From: Antechinus flavipes
Lineage: Eukaryota
DNA length: 64,000 nt
Direction: 5' to 3'
Assembly: GCF_016432865.1 (NCBI RefSeq)
Contig: NC_067400.1
Coordinates: 64,480,001-64,544,000 of the forward strand
This document shows, one piece after another, positions 12,001-23,800 of the stretch. The notes beneath the pieces are model-generated. The model had not been told where the DNA came from and made no database searches. It was given only the letters and a program-made list of their open reading frames with translations. A program made the position numbers and the translations under genes. Position 1 is the first letter of the stretch. Every line of letters starts with the position of its first letter.

Positions 12001-15000
12001 CTGCAAGTTGTATCAGGGTCCTCCGATAAGGAGGGAAGGCGACCATCAAAACACCTACCTGTTCTTTGGAATCCCAGCAGCCAGGCAGCCCCACTGGGAG
12101 AGTACAGATGGCAGCAAGTGCAGTTGCAAAGGCCCTGGGCAGATCCTCATCCTGTTCCCTCAGTGGCTGGCTAACTTGTGGGGCACCTCATAAGTCAAAG
12201 AAGAAAGAATACAGAGAGATTAGCTCATTCACCCTCCAGAGACAGAGGAACTGAAAACCTGGGAGAAGTGGGAAGCTGCCTGGGAAAGGTGAATGACTAC
12301 TTACCTGGTGGTGTGTGAAGAGGGAGTTGTGGGAGGGCCATCCCATGAAGGAGGCCATCCAGCACAGGTCTGTGAGTGGTCAAAAGGCTGGAATAGAAGG
12401 ACTTGGAGATGCTGAGGCTGCTGCCATCCATCGTCTTACACAAGTCAGTGAAGCACTGGGGGAAAGGAGAGTTAGTGTAGCTTGAGAGGAATCCTGCTTA
12501 AATAAACTGGTCAATGACTTCGATCACAAACAGTGGTCTGTGGTCCCTCCTGCCTGGGAGACAACAGGTACCAATGACTGGGAGCCTGGCAGAGAAGTCA
12601 CCCTGCAGATACCCTGTGCTACCCATAAACAGGCAGCACTGAGTTTGAGGCCTTCAGCACCTATCCTGAAGACAAAAAAGCTGTGTTTGTCAGGGTAAAG
12701 AAAAGTTTACAATAGAAAAACTAAACAAATATTGAAAAGCTCCAAAAGTTTGTTTTCTTATAACAGACTTTATTATGGTTCTTTATATGACTTGTGATTT
12801 ACTCCATTTTAATAATTCACGCTCTTCCAATAAAAGAAAAGCCATGGAGAACAGACTATCAGGCTCTCACTTGATTCGGGTTCAAGATATTAAGACTCTG
12901 AAAAGTTTCCATTTACAGCAAGAGAATGTAAGGTTTTAAGTTATATGCAAAGAATTTGACTTTGAAGCACGAGAGATGCACAAGGAAGCCTTGGCACCTC
13001 TTTCTTTGTAATTTTTAAGAAGAAAAGGGCTAGCTTCTCAGTTAGGTTTAGAACTAGCTAGAGGAAAGAAAATCATTTAAACGGCCTTTTGAAGTATCTT
13101 CTGCTGGAATGAGGATTTGGGGTTGGAGCCAATGTAGCCAGAGAGAAACAAGAGTTGAGAAAAACCTTAAGGAGAAGGACTGGGCAGGACAGCAGGAAAA
13201 ATACTAATCTAAGGAACGGGGCCAAATTACCATAAGACCATCCCTGCGCAAGGTCTGCTCAGCATCATCAGGCTGGGCCAGCAGCTTTCCCAAAAGGTTC
13301 AGGAAAAGGTTGGCTGCCTCCTGAAATACCTGGAGGCTAAAAGGAATAAGCCTCTGTTAGCTAAGGGCAGCTTCCATCTACTCGCTGAAGGCTCTGGCTT
13401 TCCCCTGTACTCCCTAGTCATTTCTCTCAAGCTACTGCAAAGCTTGGTTTCAGAGGATTTCCTAACAAGGAATTAGAAAAGACATCCCCTCAAATGCTAC
13501 AGGTAGCTCTGGAGGGAACTCTAGGATCACTCTCCTAAGGACACAGTAATGTGCTCCCCTGCCCCCAACAAACTAACAGCCAGAATTCATCTAAGGCTTT
13601 AAGGGTTGCAAGTATTATCTCACTGGATTCTCACAACTACCCTGAAAGGGAAATTCTATTATTATCCCCATTTTATCGATGAGGAAACTGAGGCAATCAG
13701 AGATGAAGTGGCTTGTCCATAATCACACAACTGGGAAGGATCTGAGGCTGAATTTGAACTCAGATCTTCTTGACTCCAAGCTCTGTGCATTGCTCAATTT
13801 AGTTTTCTAGTTCGTGGGAACCTCTTGGTGCCATAATCTCTTTGGTATTGCAAAGGTACGGACATAAGTCAGGACTATCTCTATGTCTCTGGTCTCTTAG
13901 GATTTCCAGCTAGAATCTCAGAGATGTCACTCATTGTTCTAGCTGCTGTGTATCTTTCCCCATACTCTTCCCTGTAGTTCTATGGGTGTACAGGACAGGG
14001 AACCAGGCTGAAGGATGGTCAGAGAACAGGGGAAGCTACATCTCCCACTCCCTCATCCCCATACCTTCAACCTACCTGTCGCCCGTCTGGCTTTTCTCCA
14101 GGTTGAAGTTGCTGGCAAAGTAGGCCTGGATTGTAGCCACCAGGTCCCTCAAGAAAGTTCCACACCAGGGCTGCTGCCAGGGAAGAGAAGAATTAAAGTG
14201 GAGACAGAGATCAGGAAGAAACAGACAGACAGACAAACCTAGGAGAGAGGAAGAAAAGAACAGATTCACAGTGGCACGGACAGAAAGCACTACAGGACCT
14301 CAACACTTCTCTAGCACTCTCCCATTTTACAGAGGAAACAGAGGCCCAAACAGTGAATGAATTGTCTAAGATCACGAAGATAGTACCAGAGCATTGATGC
14401 AAACCAGATCCTCTATCCTCTTTTCCATCTCATCCAATATTTGGCTAAAGACAGAGTAGAAGAGAGCAAAGAGAAGGGGGACAGAGCAAGGGCGGTGGTC
14501 AGAAGGGACTTGGGGGCAGAGGGCTTCTCTGTGAGCAGGTATTCACCTGCTGGATGCTGATGCTGCTCTGACTGTGTCTGAGAAGGTTCAGCAGGAGGCC
14601 GGGCAGCCCAGCTTCCCGGCAGAAGGCGTACAACAGACTTGAGTCACTGCAGGAGATCAGGAGGCTTTTTACAACACGGAGGGCAGGGAGCAATCGGGAA
14701 GCCCCATCCAGGATGCCCTCGAGGACCTAGGAGATGTCAGGGGAGAACAAGTAATTAAAAAGTATTATCTGTGATAAAAGGAGGAGGGACCCAGAATATC
14801 CCTAAAGGAGAAATAGGCAAAGACCAAGGATCTCCTCATTTCCCTCTGACCTCTGAATCATGGACATGGAACATGGACAGAATAAACCATATGAACCCAG
14901 TTCTCCAAGGAGACCCCTGAAGATCGCATCTCCCATCCTCTCACTGCTTCCCTCCATCCCATTCTCCTATCCATCTCTTCCAGTTTCTCTGGGATGCACG

Positions 15001-18000
15001 GCTGTCCCTCCCTGGCCTCTCCTCTACCTGCCCACCAGCACCATGGAGCTGGTTCTGGACGCGCTGGCAGAAGTCAGGGTTGCAGAGCAGGGTGAGGGGG
15101 GCTTTCAGCTGGAAATTTGAAGGTGCTGTGGGCTCCAGCAGGTGCTGCCACTCATTATCACTGTCAGGCTCCTAGCCCAGAGAAAAGGAAAGGAAGGGAA
15201 AGTATGGCTTGGAGCCTGAGGCAACATCAGCTGGAGACCTCCGCAGGCAAGAAGTCAGTCATCAGCATCTCACCTCAGTCTCCAAGGTCACAGCATTCAT
15301 GTTCTCCTCAGCTTCTCGCTTTAGTTCTGGGAATTGCTGATCGTATTCTGGGCGACCTGGGGTTCCCTGTCCAGGAAGATGCTGAAGAAATTGAGTTCCA
15401 GTACTGGGAGGCTCAGGATGCAAGAACCATTCCCTCCCCAAAAGTCCTAAATGGGAAGAGGAGCCTTACATACATACAGATAAAGCCCAGTAGATGACAC
15501 AGAAAAAGATAACACAAATTTTGCAATAAGGTACTGTAAACAACCCATAAGAGAGAAAAAAAAATCAAGACTTCTTCTCTGATACAAAGGGTCAAAAAAT
15601 TTTACACAGATTTTTTTCAGATTGTAGGGGCGCTGCACTCCTACCTCCCACAAGAAGAAAGGGAAAACTAGTTAATCTTCTGATGGAGAGATTTTTTTCC
15701 CTTTCAGTTGGGAATCCTGAACCACAAAAATCCCCTTTACAAAATTAGTGCTAAGAGCTGGTGCCCACCCAGAGCTTCCTCTACTCCCCCAGGGCAGGGC
15801 TAACAGTGTCCCCTTACCGGGTAGGAAGGGGAGGCTCACTTGCCACCCAGTCTGCCCACTCATTCTTGTCCTCTGGGGAAGAGGCTCCAGATGAGAGGTT
15901 GAGATCGTGAGAAGTAGCTCTCAGTCTGGACAGGAGGGCTGTCATAGGAATGGCCTTGCCTGCTTTGTCTACTTGCTCAAAAGGGATTCCAGGGTTTAGA
16001 TGTTTCTATGGGAGGGAATTAGATTACAGAGGCGTGGTCACTACAGGATATCCTAGATCTTGTCCTACACCTCATTCAAACTCTTGAAATTCTTCTCCAA
16101 TTTCCATCACTAGCCCATTCTGACCCTCTCCAACACTAAAGACCTGGACTTCACCTCTGCCCCAAATACCTTCTGCCTAGCCTCCTCAGTCATACGCTTC
16201 CGGGCCTGGTGCAAAATACGGGACTGACCCGACTTGGGGGCCAGCCAGTGTGCCTGTTCTTCCTTGAGAACCTGAAGCTCTGGGGGTAATCGGCTGGTGA
16301 ATGGGGTGCCCAGATCAGAAGTCACTGATTCAGAGGTCACTGTTTGGGAAAGTTGGAGAGAATGCCATGCTAGAACTTACAAACAGCAAAACGATGGCCA
16401 AAGCCCCAGCCTACAAAGATCTGAGGAAGACAAGGGAATAAAGGTTGGTACAAAAACAAAGTGTTCCTGTCCCATTCTGAGAATCTGGGATCACTGAGTG
16501 ATGGAAAGCAGGGAATGAGATCCTGGAGATGGAACAGAGCTCACCGGTGACTCGGCCAGCAATGAATGGATGGTAGAGGAGCTCAGGCCAGGCCAGCCGC
16601 TGACGAGGATCCTTGGTGAGCAGTCCCTGCAGGAAACTCTGTGGGGAAAACACTCCATCGTTCCTCTCTTTTGCTTTCAGCATCCCTCTCCCCAACCAAG
16701 GAACACCATCCTCTTCCCCCGCTTGGAAGGTACTTCCCTTCAAAGTCCTAGTTTCTTTTCAGGGGACAGGCTACTTTTGAAATGAGCATTTTTATTTTTG
16801 GCTATTCCCCCTTTGCCTCTACCAGCTGCTCGTGTCATCTCCTCCAAGTTTATTTCATGTCTGATTTAGATTTGTTTTGGGTATACATGCTTTCACCCCC
16901 ATTCTACATTCCCTGAGCACAGGGACAGTTTTACTTCTGTCTAGAGTGCTACACAAAGTGATGGCTCACTAAATGCTCAATTGATTATTTCTCCAGAAGC
17001 TGAGCTGCTCTTGGTCACATCCTTTCCATCCAATCTCAATAAGCCTTATTTCTGTTTTCAGAAGTTCAAGACTTTCTAGATCTTGACAGCCTCAGGAGAT
17101 CAGAATACTATCTCAGCCTCAGAACAGTATCTGCAAATCATGTTCATCTTCAACAATTTATCAATGCCAAATGATTTTTTTTCCACATTCTGTCCCAAAC
17201 CCAGAAAATGGAATTGGGAAAAAGAAGGAAAATGGATTTCCAGGGAAGACCCTCTGTGCCCCTGCACTCCCCTTCTCCCCATATTCCCCACCTTAAAGCA
17301 CTGGCTTATTGTTGGCGGCCATCGCACTGGGTCCTTTAAGATGAGGCTGACGAGCTGGAAGATGCTGGTGGTGTAGAAGGGCGGCGTGCCCACGGCCAGT
17401 TCGTAAAGGATGCAGCCCACGGACCACAAGTCAGCAGTGTGGTCATATGGGCGCTCCTCCACCAGCTCTGGGGACATGTACAATGGTGTGCCTTTGATAG
17501 ACGTCAACACCATCGTATTTGTACTCATGGCACGAGCAAAACTGGGAGACAGAGAGTGGAGAAAGGCAGGGGAGGAGGATTAATGGCGTAAGGTGAGAAG
17601 TTGTGCGAGAAAAGTCAAACCCGTTCCAAACTAAGCCAACAACATGTCTCTCACCGTCATCCAAACCCTTTCTCACTCCCACTCAGCCAAACTGTTCCCC
17701 CAAGCTGGCTCCCACGACTCCAGAAGAATCCCCACTCAGACCCTTTATCTACCTCACCAAGCCATCCGCCGAGGGCCTTGTCTCCCTCCCCCCAGAGCAG
17801 CCCAGGGGCCTGGGATTCCCACCCAAAGTCACAGAGCTTGATGCCGCCGCCCTTGGCGAGAAGAATGTTCTGTGGCTTCATGTCGCGATGCAGGATGCGA
17901 TGGGAGTGCAGGTAATAGAGGGCCGACACCAACTGAGCCGCGATGGCCTGGACCTGAGGATCAACCAGCCAGGAAGGGAGAGAGGATGGGGGAAAGGGAA

Positions 18001-19329
18001 GACGCCTCTGAGGCCGGCCACTCCTGCCGCTGCTCCCAGTGGCCGCCGAGCTCCTCTGCCCTCGTTCCCCGCTTCCTCCAGCTTCTCTCGTCCATCCCCT
18101 TTTGCTCCTTCCCTCCCCAGGAGCAGAGCTCTGCTAAAACCCCTGACTCCACGGCTCCCCAAGACAACAGTCAGTAAGCCGGACGCTCGAGAAGCCCAGG
18201 AACTAGAACGTTCTCAGGCAAGAGACTCGGGCAACCTAGAGATGATCGGGACAGACAGGAATCCCCCTCTTCCCTCTCAGTCTTCTTAGGACACCATCAG
18301 CTCCCTCCAGACCAGCCCCTCTCTAAGGCCCCTCAAGATACCACAACTCCTTTCAGCGCTGCCCTGTGGACCAGTCCTGACCAGCAGCAAGGCCGTGCCG
18401 AAGACAAAGGAACTAGCTAACCACAGCTACCTGGTCTTCGGGCAGCTTCCCATCGTCCTCCAGGATCTGGAAGAGCTCCCCTTCGGCGTAGTCCGTTACT
18501 ACCACGACCTGCAGGGAGAATGCAAGCACAGGTTTAAGTCCAGTTCTTAGGCAATGGGCACGTTCTCCCTCTGTGCTAGGGCCTGGGGCCCCCCCAGCAG
18601 GGTGCGCAGGAAGCGGGAAGACACCCTCACTCACCTCTTTGTCAGTTTCAAAGCTGTCGAGCATCTGCACAATGTTGGGGTGCCGCAGACCCCGCATGAT
18701 TTCGATTTCCCGCTGGAGGTTCCTCAGCTCCTTTTCCGAGCGCCCCAACTTAGGAATGAACTTGAGAGCCACCACCTTCCCAAGGCAAGGGGAGAAGTCA
18801 GGGCCTGCGCTCTCTCTCTGCTTTTGCTCTCTCTAGCGCTTCCTTCACCCTCGTTTCCAGCTCTCCAAAACAGAGCCTTAGGAACTTAAAGGAACGACTC
18901 TCCTTCTGCTTCCTATTTCCTGCCTTAGCCGGGTCTCCCAAAGCATAATCTCCCTGAAACGAGCCCACCCTGGGGTCCTGAAGAGAAGACTGCCCACCAT
19001 GGCTCAGCAGAGAGGAGAGGGGGAGGGAGACGGGAAGGAAAGAGAAGTGCTAGGAGAAAAAGCACCGGGGCCGGCATCTCTTTCTACCTTGAGTCTCTGA
19101 GCGCTCTTAACACTCAAAAAAAAGAAATAATTCTCCCCGTCGGCCCCGGGAGATCCTAGGATGATGCTGATCCCCTAAATCGCGCAGATCTTCTGCTTTC
19201 TTCCCTTTGTGGTCTGAACCCCTTCAGGAAGTACTCCCTACGTACCTGGGCGCTGTATTTTTTCCGACCCTTGTACACTCTTCCAAAGGAGCCCTCGCCA
19301 ATCATTTCTAGCACATGGTACTTCTCCAT
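1..19329 (-). CDS. STK36: Serine/threonine kinase 36 (Fused homolog), multi-exon; 3' end truncated by the window edge
   Basis: Starts [21 protein letters not shown] (ATG at 19329, second in-frame ATG at 19332), with [15 protein letters not shown] and GTPLYMSPE kinase motifs, then the long C-terminal region. Coding exons, all GT-AG: 19246-19329, 18635-18775, 18431-18508, 17823-17953, 17292-17541, 16545-16638, 16170-16339, 15818-16005, 15274-15366 (1 nt short of phase, see findings), 15028-15171, 14547-14726, 14076-14173, 13231-13336, 12305-12455, 12059-12186, 11434-11538, 11020-11118, 10827-10915, 7792-7855, 7221-7331, 3692-3766, 3115-3277, 2272-2419, 1904-2051, <1-380. Confidence 0.97.
840..1300 (+). 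mobile_element. L1 3' end fragment
   Basis: Marsupial-type L1 3' UTR ending ...gaatgttgaaaactatctttgcacgtattttgaaaaataaaaagcta; an older L1-tail-like piece precedes it (~620-840). Confidence 0.75.
4120..5035 (+). mobile_element. L1 ORF2 C-terminus plus 3' UTR fragment
   Basis: [11 protein letters not shown]...IPFDPVV...[20 protein letters not shown]...YYSIR resembles the L1 ORF2 cysteine-rich end; finishes with the tail and aaataaaaa. Confidence 0.85.
5040..6535 (-). mobile_element. L1 ORF2 3' part plus 3' UTR, reverse orientation
   Basis: Minus-strand [18 protein letters not shown]...[26 protein letters not shown] is typical L1 ORF2; degenerate. Confidence 0.85.
7960..8990 (-). mobile_element. 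Older L1 3' fragment with an AT-rich simple repeat (~8100-8190)
   Basis: Similar to the other minus-strand L1 3' ends (ttttgagttccaaattc..., tttcccaattgatgggcat..., gttttaatttgcaatt). Confidence 0.7.
9100..10820. repeat. Minisatellite with 45-bp and 35-bp monomers and a 374-bp higher-order repeat, in an STK36 intron
   Basis: Monomer ATGGTGATACTCCTCACTATGGCAGAGCTGGGCAGGAGGGTCTCC (45) with a deletion variant ...GGCAGAAGGGTCTCC (35); about 40 copies; near-identical blocks start at 9452, 9826 and 10200; edges degenerate. Confidence 0.95.
13640..13830 (-). mobile_element. MIR-family SINE
   Basis: attatccccattttatcgatgaggaaactgaggca...tttgaactcagatcttcttgactcc, the reverse-strand MIR core. Confidence 0.75.
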
Positions 19330-19699
19330 CATCGAGGCTCCAGAGGTCTCCGAGTCTGGAGGACAAAGAGCTGATCAAGCTCTGGAGCGCCTCGGGCAAT
19401 TCCGGGAGTCCCCGCAGTTCAGGGCAACCCACGATTCAGAGAAGAAGAAAGAGGGGTGTCTGCCATTATTTCTTCTCTTAACCCCCAGGCAGGTACTGTT
19501 CCAGCAGTCCCCGGACTCTCCAACCCAGAGCCTCCCTCCTTAGCATCACTACTAACTCTAGTCCCGGAGCATCCCTGCCCCTGCGACCCCATGACCCTTG
19601 ACCCTCTACTTCGACGGCTCTGACCTCTAAGTTCCTCTCACACCAACTCCCCCCTCCCCGCAACGCCAACCTCTCCAGCCTTTAAACTAAAGGTTCCCT

Positions 19700-20800
19700 C
19701 CCACACCAGGTCGGGACCTTTGACCCAGGACCCTCCGGGTCCCTGATTCCGGGCCCCTGCGCCTCACCAGTCCCTCAATCACCCCCCCGCCTTGGAGCTT
19801 GAGCTCCTCAGGCCGCGGGAGCCGGGTCGAGCTCCACCCCCGCCCCCCGAGCAGCCCCCCAGGTTGCCTGACCGAGTTAGTCCGCAGCAGGGGCAGGCGG
19901 CCTCCCCGAAGGGCCCTTTCCCCTCCCTCTCCCTCTCTCAGAGCCGGGCGGAGGCCCTCGGGCCGGGGCGACGCGGAGGGAGGGCTTGACGGCCCGCTCC
20001 ATGGAGGCACTTGTGCGGGCAGCTCCGAACCGTCTTCCAGCCGCCTCAGGCCCCAGCGAGGACCCCGGCGTCTACGGTCGCCTAGTAACGGCGGCTGGCC
20101 GCCGGCCCCTCGGCCTCTCCACCTACAGGTCTGCGGGAAGGCACTTCCGGTTCCGGCGCAGGTAGCAGGAGGAGATGGCGGCGGCCGCGGCGGCAGCCGG
20201 GGAGGAGGACTGGTAACTGCCGGGGACGCGGGACCTGGCTGGCGGCCGCTCCCGGCCTGGGACGGGACGGGCCGACGGCCCCATCCTGGAGGCCCGGGGT
20301 GGGGGTTGGGGGGACGGAACTCGAAGGTGGGGACACCGTGGGGTCTGGCTGACGGTCCGGCCCACGCCTCCAGCCTTGCCCGACCGGGTGTCCGCCTCCT
20401 GTCGGCTCCGCGCCCCGCGGGAGCCGGCCAGGCCCCCCGCGACCCCAGCCGAGCGCCCGCTCCTCCGCCCCATCGACCTCCTACAGCAGCGGGACCCAGG
20501 GCCAGGCGAGGGGGCTCCCCCAAAGCTCAAGGGGCCCCAACCCGGGCAGAGGACTAGGGGGTCCCTGCCATCCCCCACCCCCATCCTTCCACCGTGTTTC
20601 GTGTTGGTAGGCATTGACGTTGTGGGGATGCAAGCACCCCCAAAGCCGAGCAATGGGGCAGACTCGTGGGATTCTTGCAGGGGTTGAGATGTAGGCGGAT
20701 CCAAACAAATTTTCGGCGACCTTGGCGGCTATCGTCAAACAGCTCTTCCCGGGGAAACTTCGAGGCCGAACTGTAGGGACTGTCCCCAGGAGGGCCCGAT
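19700..20800. promoter_or_regulatory. CpG island / bidirectional promoter of STK36 (-) and RNF25 (+)
   Basis: Very GC- and CpG-rich stretch between the divergent start codons at 19329 and 20175. Contains an X-box GTCGCCTAGTAAC (20077-20089), tandem ETS cores ACTTCCGG-TTCCGG (20143-20156) and a YY1-like GAGATGGCGGC (20172-20182) over the RNF25 ATG. Edges approximate. Confidence 0.85.
20077..20089. promoter_or_regulatory. RFX X-box motif
   Basis: GTCGCCTAGTAAC fits GTNRCC-N-RGYAAC and lies in the promoter of the cilia gene STK36. Confidence 0.65.
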
Positions 20801-23800
20801 GTGCACTCTGCTATCCCCTCCCCCACTCACTTTAGCGAAAGGGGGAGGGGATACAGAAAAGCCTGGGACTCTTAATTTTTGAACACCCATGGGAAAAAGT
20901 CAGGACCTAAGTGCCTGTAGTTTCTTGGGTAACTAGCAATTATATTGGTGACTAGGATGCTGCAGACCAGCATTATTCATGCTTCGGGTTTAGAGGGATG
21001 AAGTAGAATCACAGACTTAAGAGCTAGAAGCCATGGCATCCAGTCCTGTCATATTAAAAAAATGTGGACTTGCTCAAGGTTTCCCAGGTGGTAATTTTGG
21101 TACTATTATTTGTCAGCCCAAATACACAGTAAAAGACCAGCTGGTTTGGCCATCTGAAGGCCTAGATTCTCATGCTGGTTTTGCCTCTTAGCAACTGGGG
21201 GCAAGGCACAATTTTTCTGCTTTTTTCCCCTGTGAAAGTGGATTTTGAGACCCCTAAATGCTGTAAAATTCTGCTTTTATTATTACTCACTCTTGTTTCC
21301 TCCCATTTTGAAGTAGGTTTGGAAAAGGAATGAACTGGGATCTAAGAGATGTGCTTGAACCACTGTGCTTCTCAAAACAGCAAGGTCTCTCCTCTAGGGC
21401 CCTCTTGCTTGGGTCCTGATAAGGTCCCACTTTGGGAAAAGGAGAGTTTCTTGATGTTTCTCCATTTTCAGGAAGTTTACAGAAACACAACAGCAAATGT
21501 AACTTTTCTACATAGTTGTAAAAATCCCTAAGCCTGTGATAGCCTTGAAAAATGATCCCCAACTTGTGGAAAAGGAAGACTGAAAATGGCATAGAACCTT
21601 AAACTCAGCTCTTCAGTACCCTCTAGGACAAGCACCCTTCCTCCTGGAATGTCAGTAAGGAAGGACATGGTACAAAAGCCATCTCTTTTCCCAGGGTTCT
21701 ACCCTCTGAAGTAGAGGTGTTGGAGTCTATCTACCTGGATGAATTACAGGTGGTTCAAGGAAATGGGAGGTGAGTACTCAACTGGGACTGAGAAGGGCTT
21801 CGGAAATCAATAAGGGAATGACCTTGACTGAGACCATCATCTGGTCCTGAGAGATTGAGAGAAGTGAAGGAGTTCTCCAAGAAAGAAGGGTGATACCTTT
21901 AAGTTAGCATAGGACAGAATCCCTTTTCCTTCCTCTAGGGAGGGAATTCTCAACTTATCACACCCATCACTCCCGGTTCCCATTCAAGATCCCATCTTGA
22001 ACCATCACAATAACTATCCACAGGTCTTCACCATGGGAAATCTGCATCACGCTGCATCCTGCTACAGCTGAAGACCAGGATTCACAATTTGTCTGCTTTA
22101 CCTTGGTGTTGCTGGTCCCTGCACAGGTGAGGTGCCTGTTGGGTGACCACAAAGTAAGGAGAAATGCTGGGGTGTGGAGAGAGGGTACTTCATACTGGCC
22201 TGGTCTCTTTTTTCCAGTATCCCAATGAGGTGCCTAAGATCTCTATCCGTAACCCCCGAGGGCTCTCAGATGAACAGATTCACAAGTAAGTGTTGCACTG
22301 ACCAACATAAGATAGAAGTAGCGCACATCTTAACATAATTTATGTTTTGTTACCAACATAGAATATCTCTTTTGCAAGAAGTGGAAAGGAACTGTCCTAA
22401 CATTGGGGTTGGGTTCTCCTTTTCAGGATCTCACAGGCACTGAATTGTGTGGCTGAGGCCGGACTAGGCACTGCTGTGCTCTATGAACTCATTGAGGTGA
22501 GTTGGGCTCTAGGGAGACCTCCTTCCTGTCATGCCAAAGCAGGTTTAGCCATGGGTCTAGAGTCATTCATTTCTCCTAAAGTCAGTTTAACCCTTTCCCT
22601 CCCTTTGGGTAAAGACTGACCCAAATTGATGAAAGGCTTGTTTTAAAAGGCTCCAAAGGGAGAGGTTCTACAAGCTTTTTCATTTGTTTACTCCATTATC
22701 TTGAAAGCTGACAAGACTGAAAGAATACTTTTTTTTTGTCTAACATAGGGCTTCATTCATTTCCTGTTTTTCCCCAGTGGTGAGAGAAAAGAACATATGG
22801 ATCATCTTTATGTCTGAGACTCAGTTTCAGATAGTGTGTACATGGTGCTACAGGAGGTAGAAAAGAACCAGAAGACAGTCCCTATACTCAAAGCTTACCT
22901 TCTGGACAAGTATACAGAACATCCAAAAAAGCAACACCTCACATTTACATTAGCATTCTGTTTACAAGGCTCTTCTCTTTCAATGAGAGGAGAGAAATTC
23001 CCTTTCCTTTAGGCCTACTGCCTCATAACAAACCTTAACAGTAAGGGGCACGTTAAAAATGTCATACCTCTTGCTTAAAGACCTTACCTCTTTATAATTG
23101 CCCTGTTTTTTGTTTTTCTTTTTGTTTTTTTTAATCAGTTCTAGCAACTTTTCATGGGTAGAAAACCAAAACCTTCTTTAGAATCCCAGCCCAGTCATTT
23201 TAAGTTTTCTGGAGAAGACAAACCTTGTTTCAGTCAGAAAGGGATGTATTTGGATGTAAGGAGTATTTGGGAAAATGAGTAAATTAGGCTTCTATTTCTT
23301 CCTTATAATGTGCCTTTCCATTTTGAAATGAAATTCAAGACTATCAGGTACGTCATATAAATGAGAATAACCATACTTTGGTACTATCTACCTCAGGAAT
23401 TTTTAGGAGAATCAAAAAAGTTAACATGTATGAAAGTGCTTTGTAATCATAAAACACCAATATAAATAGAGGCTATCTTTTTGTGTTCAAACACTGAAAC
23501 ATTTCAAAAACAAAATATGACTTTCAGGTTATCTACCTTTGGGATTAACCATACTTCTTCTTACACAGTCCCCGAAGTCCAGAGTCAGCAGTGGAATAGA
23601 CTAACCTGTGAGGGCAGCAGTGATGCCAAATAGAGAAATCATCAGCTGGGAAGACTTTTTAAAGCGGGTGGAAAACACGGATTGGTCTTTAGAAAGGCAA
23701 GGCACTAGCACAATGAGCTTGTACCTAGAATTTTCTAGAGCTGAGAAGCCAAAGTGTCCTTAAAGTAGATGTCACAAAGGTTCATGCCCTAAAACTTGTG

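Noticed and set aside
1-19329. STK36 as a pseudogene
   Set aside because: 24 of 25 exons have intact frames, splice sites and kinase motifs; a single homopolymer indel is not enough evidence.
19687-20826. Long GC-rich ORFs over the STK36/RNF25 promoter
   Set aside because: Stop-poor CpG-island sequence with no recognisable domains; the real RNF25 exon 1 is only 38 coding nt.
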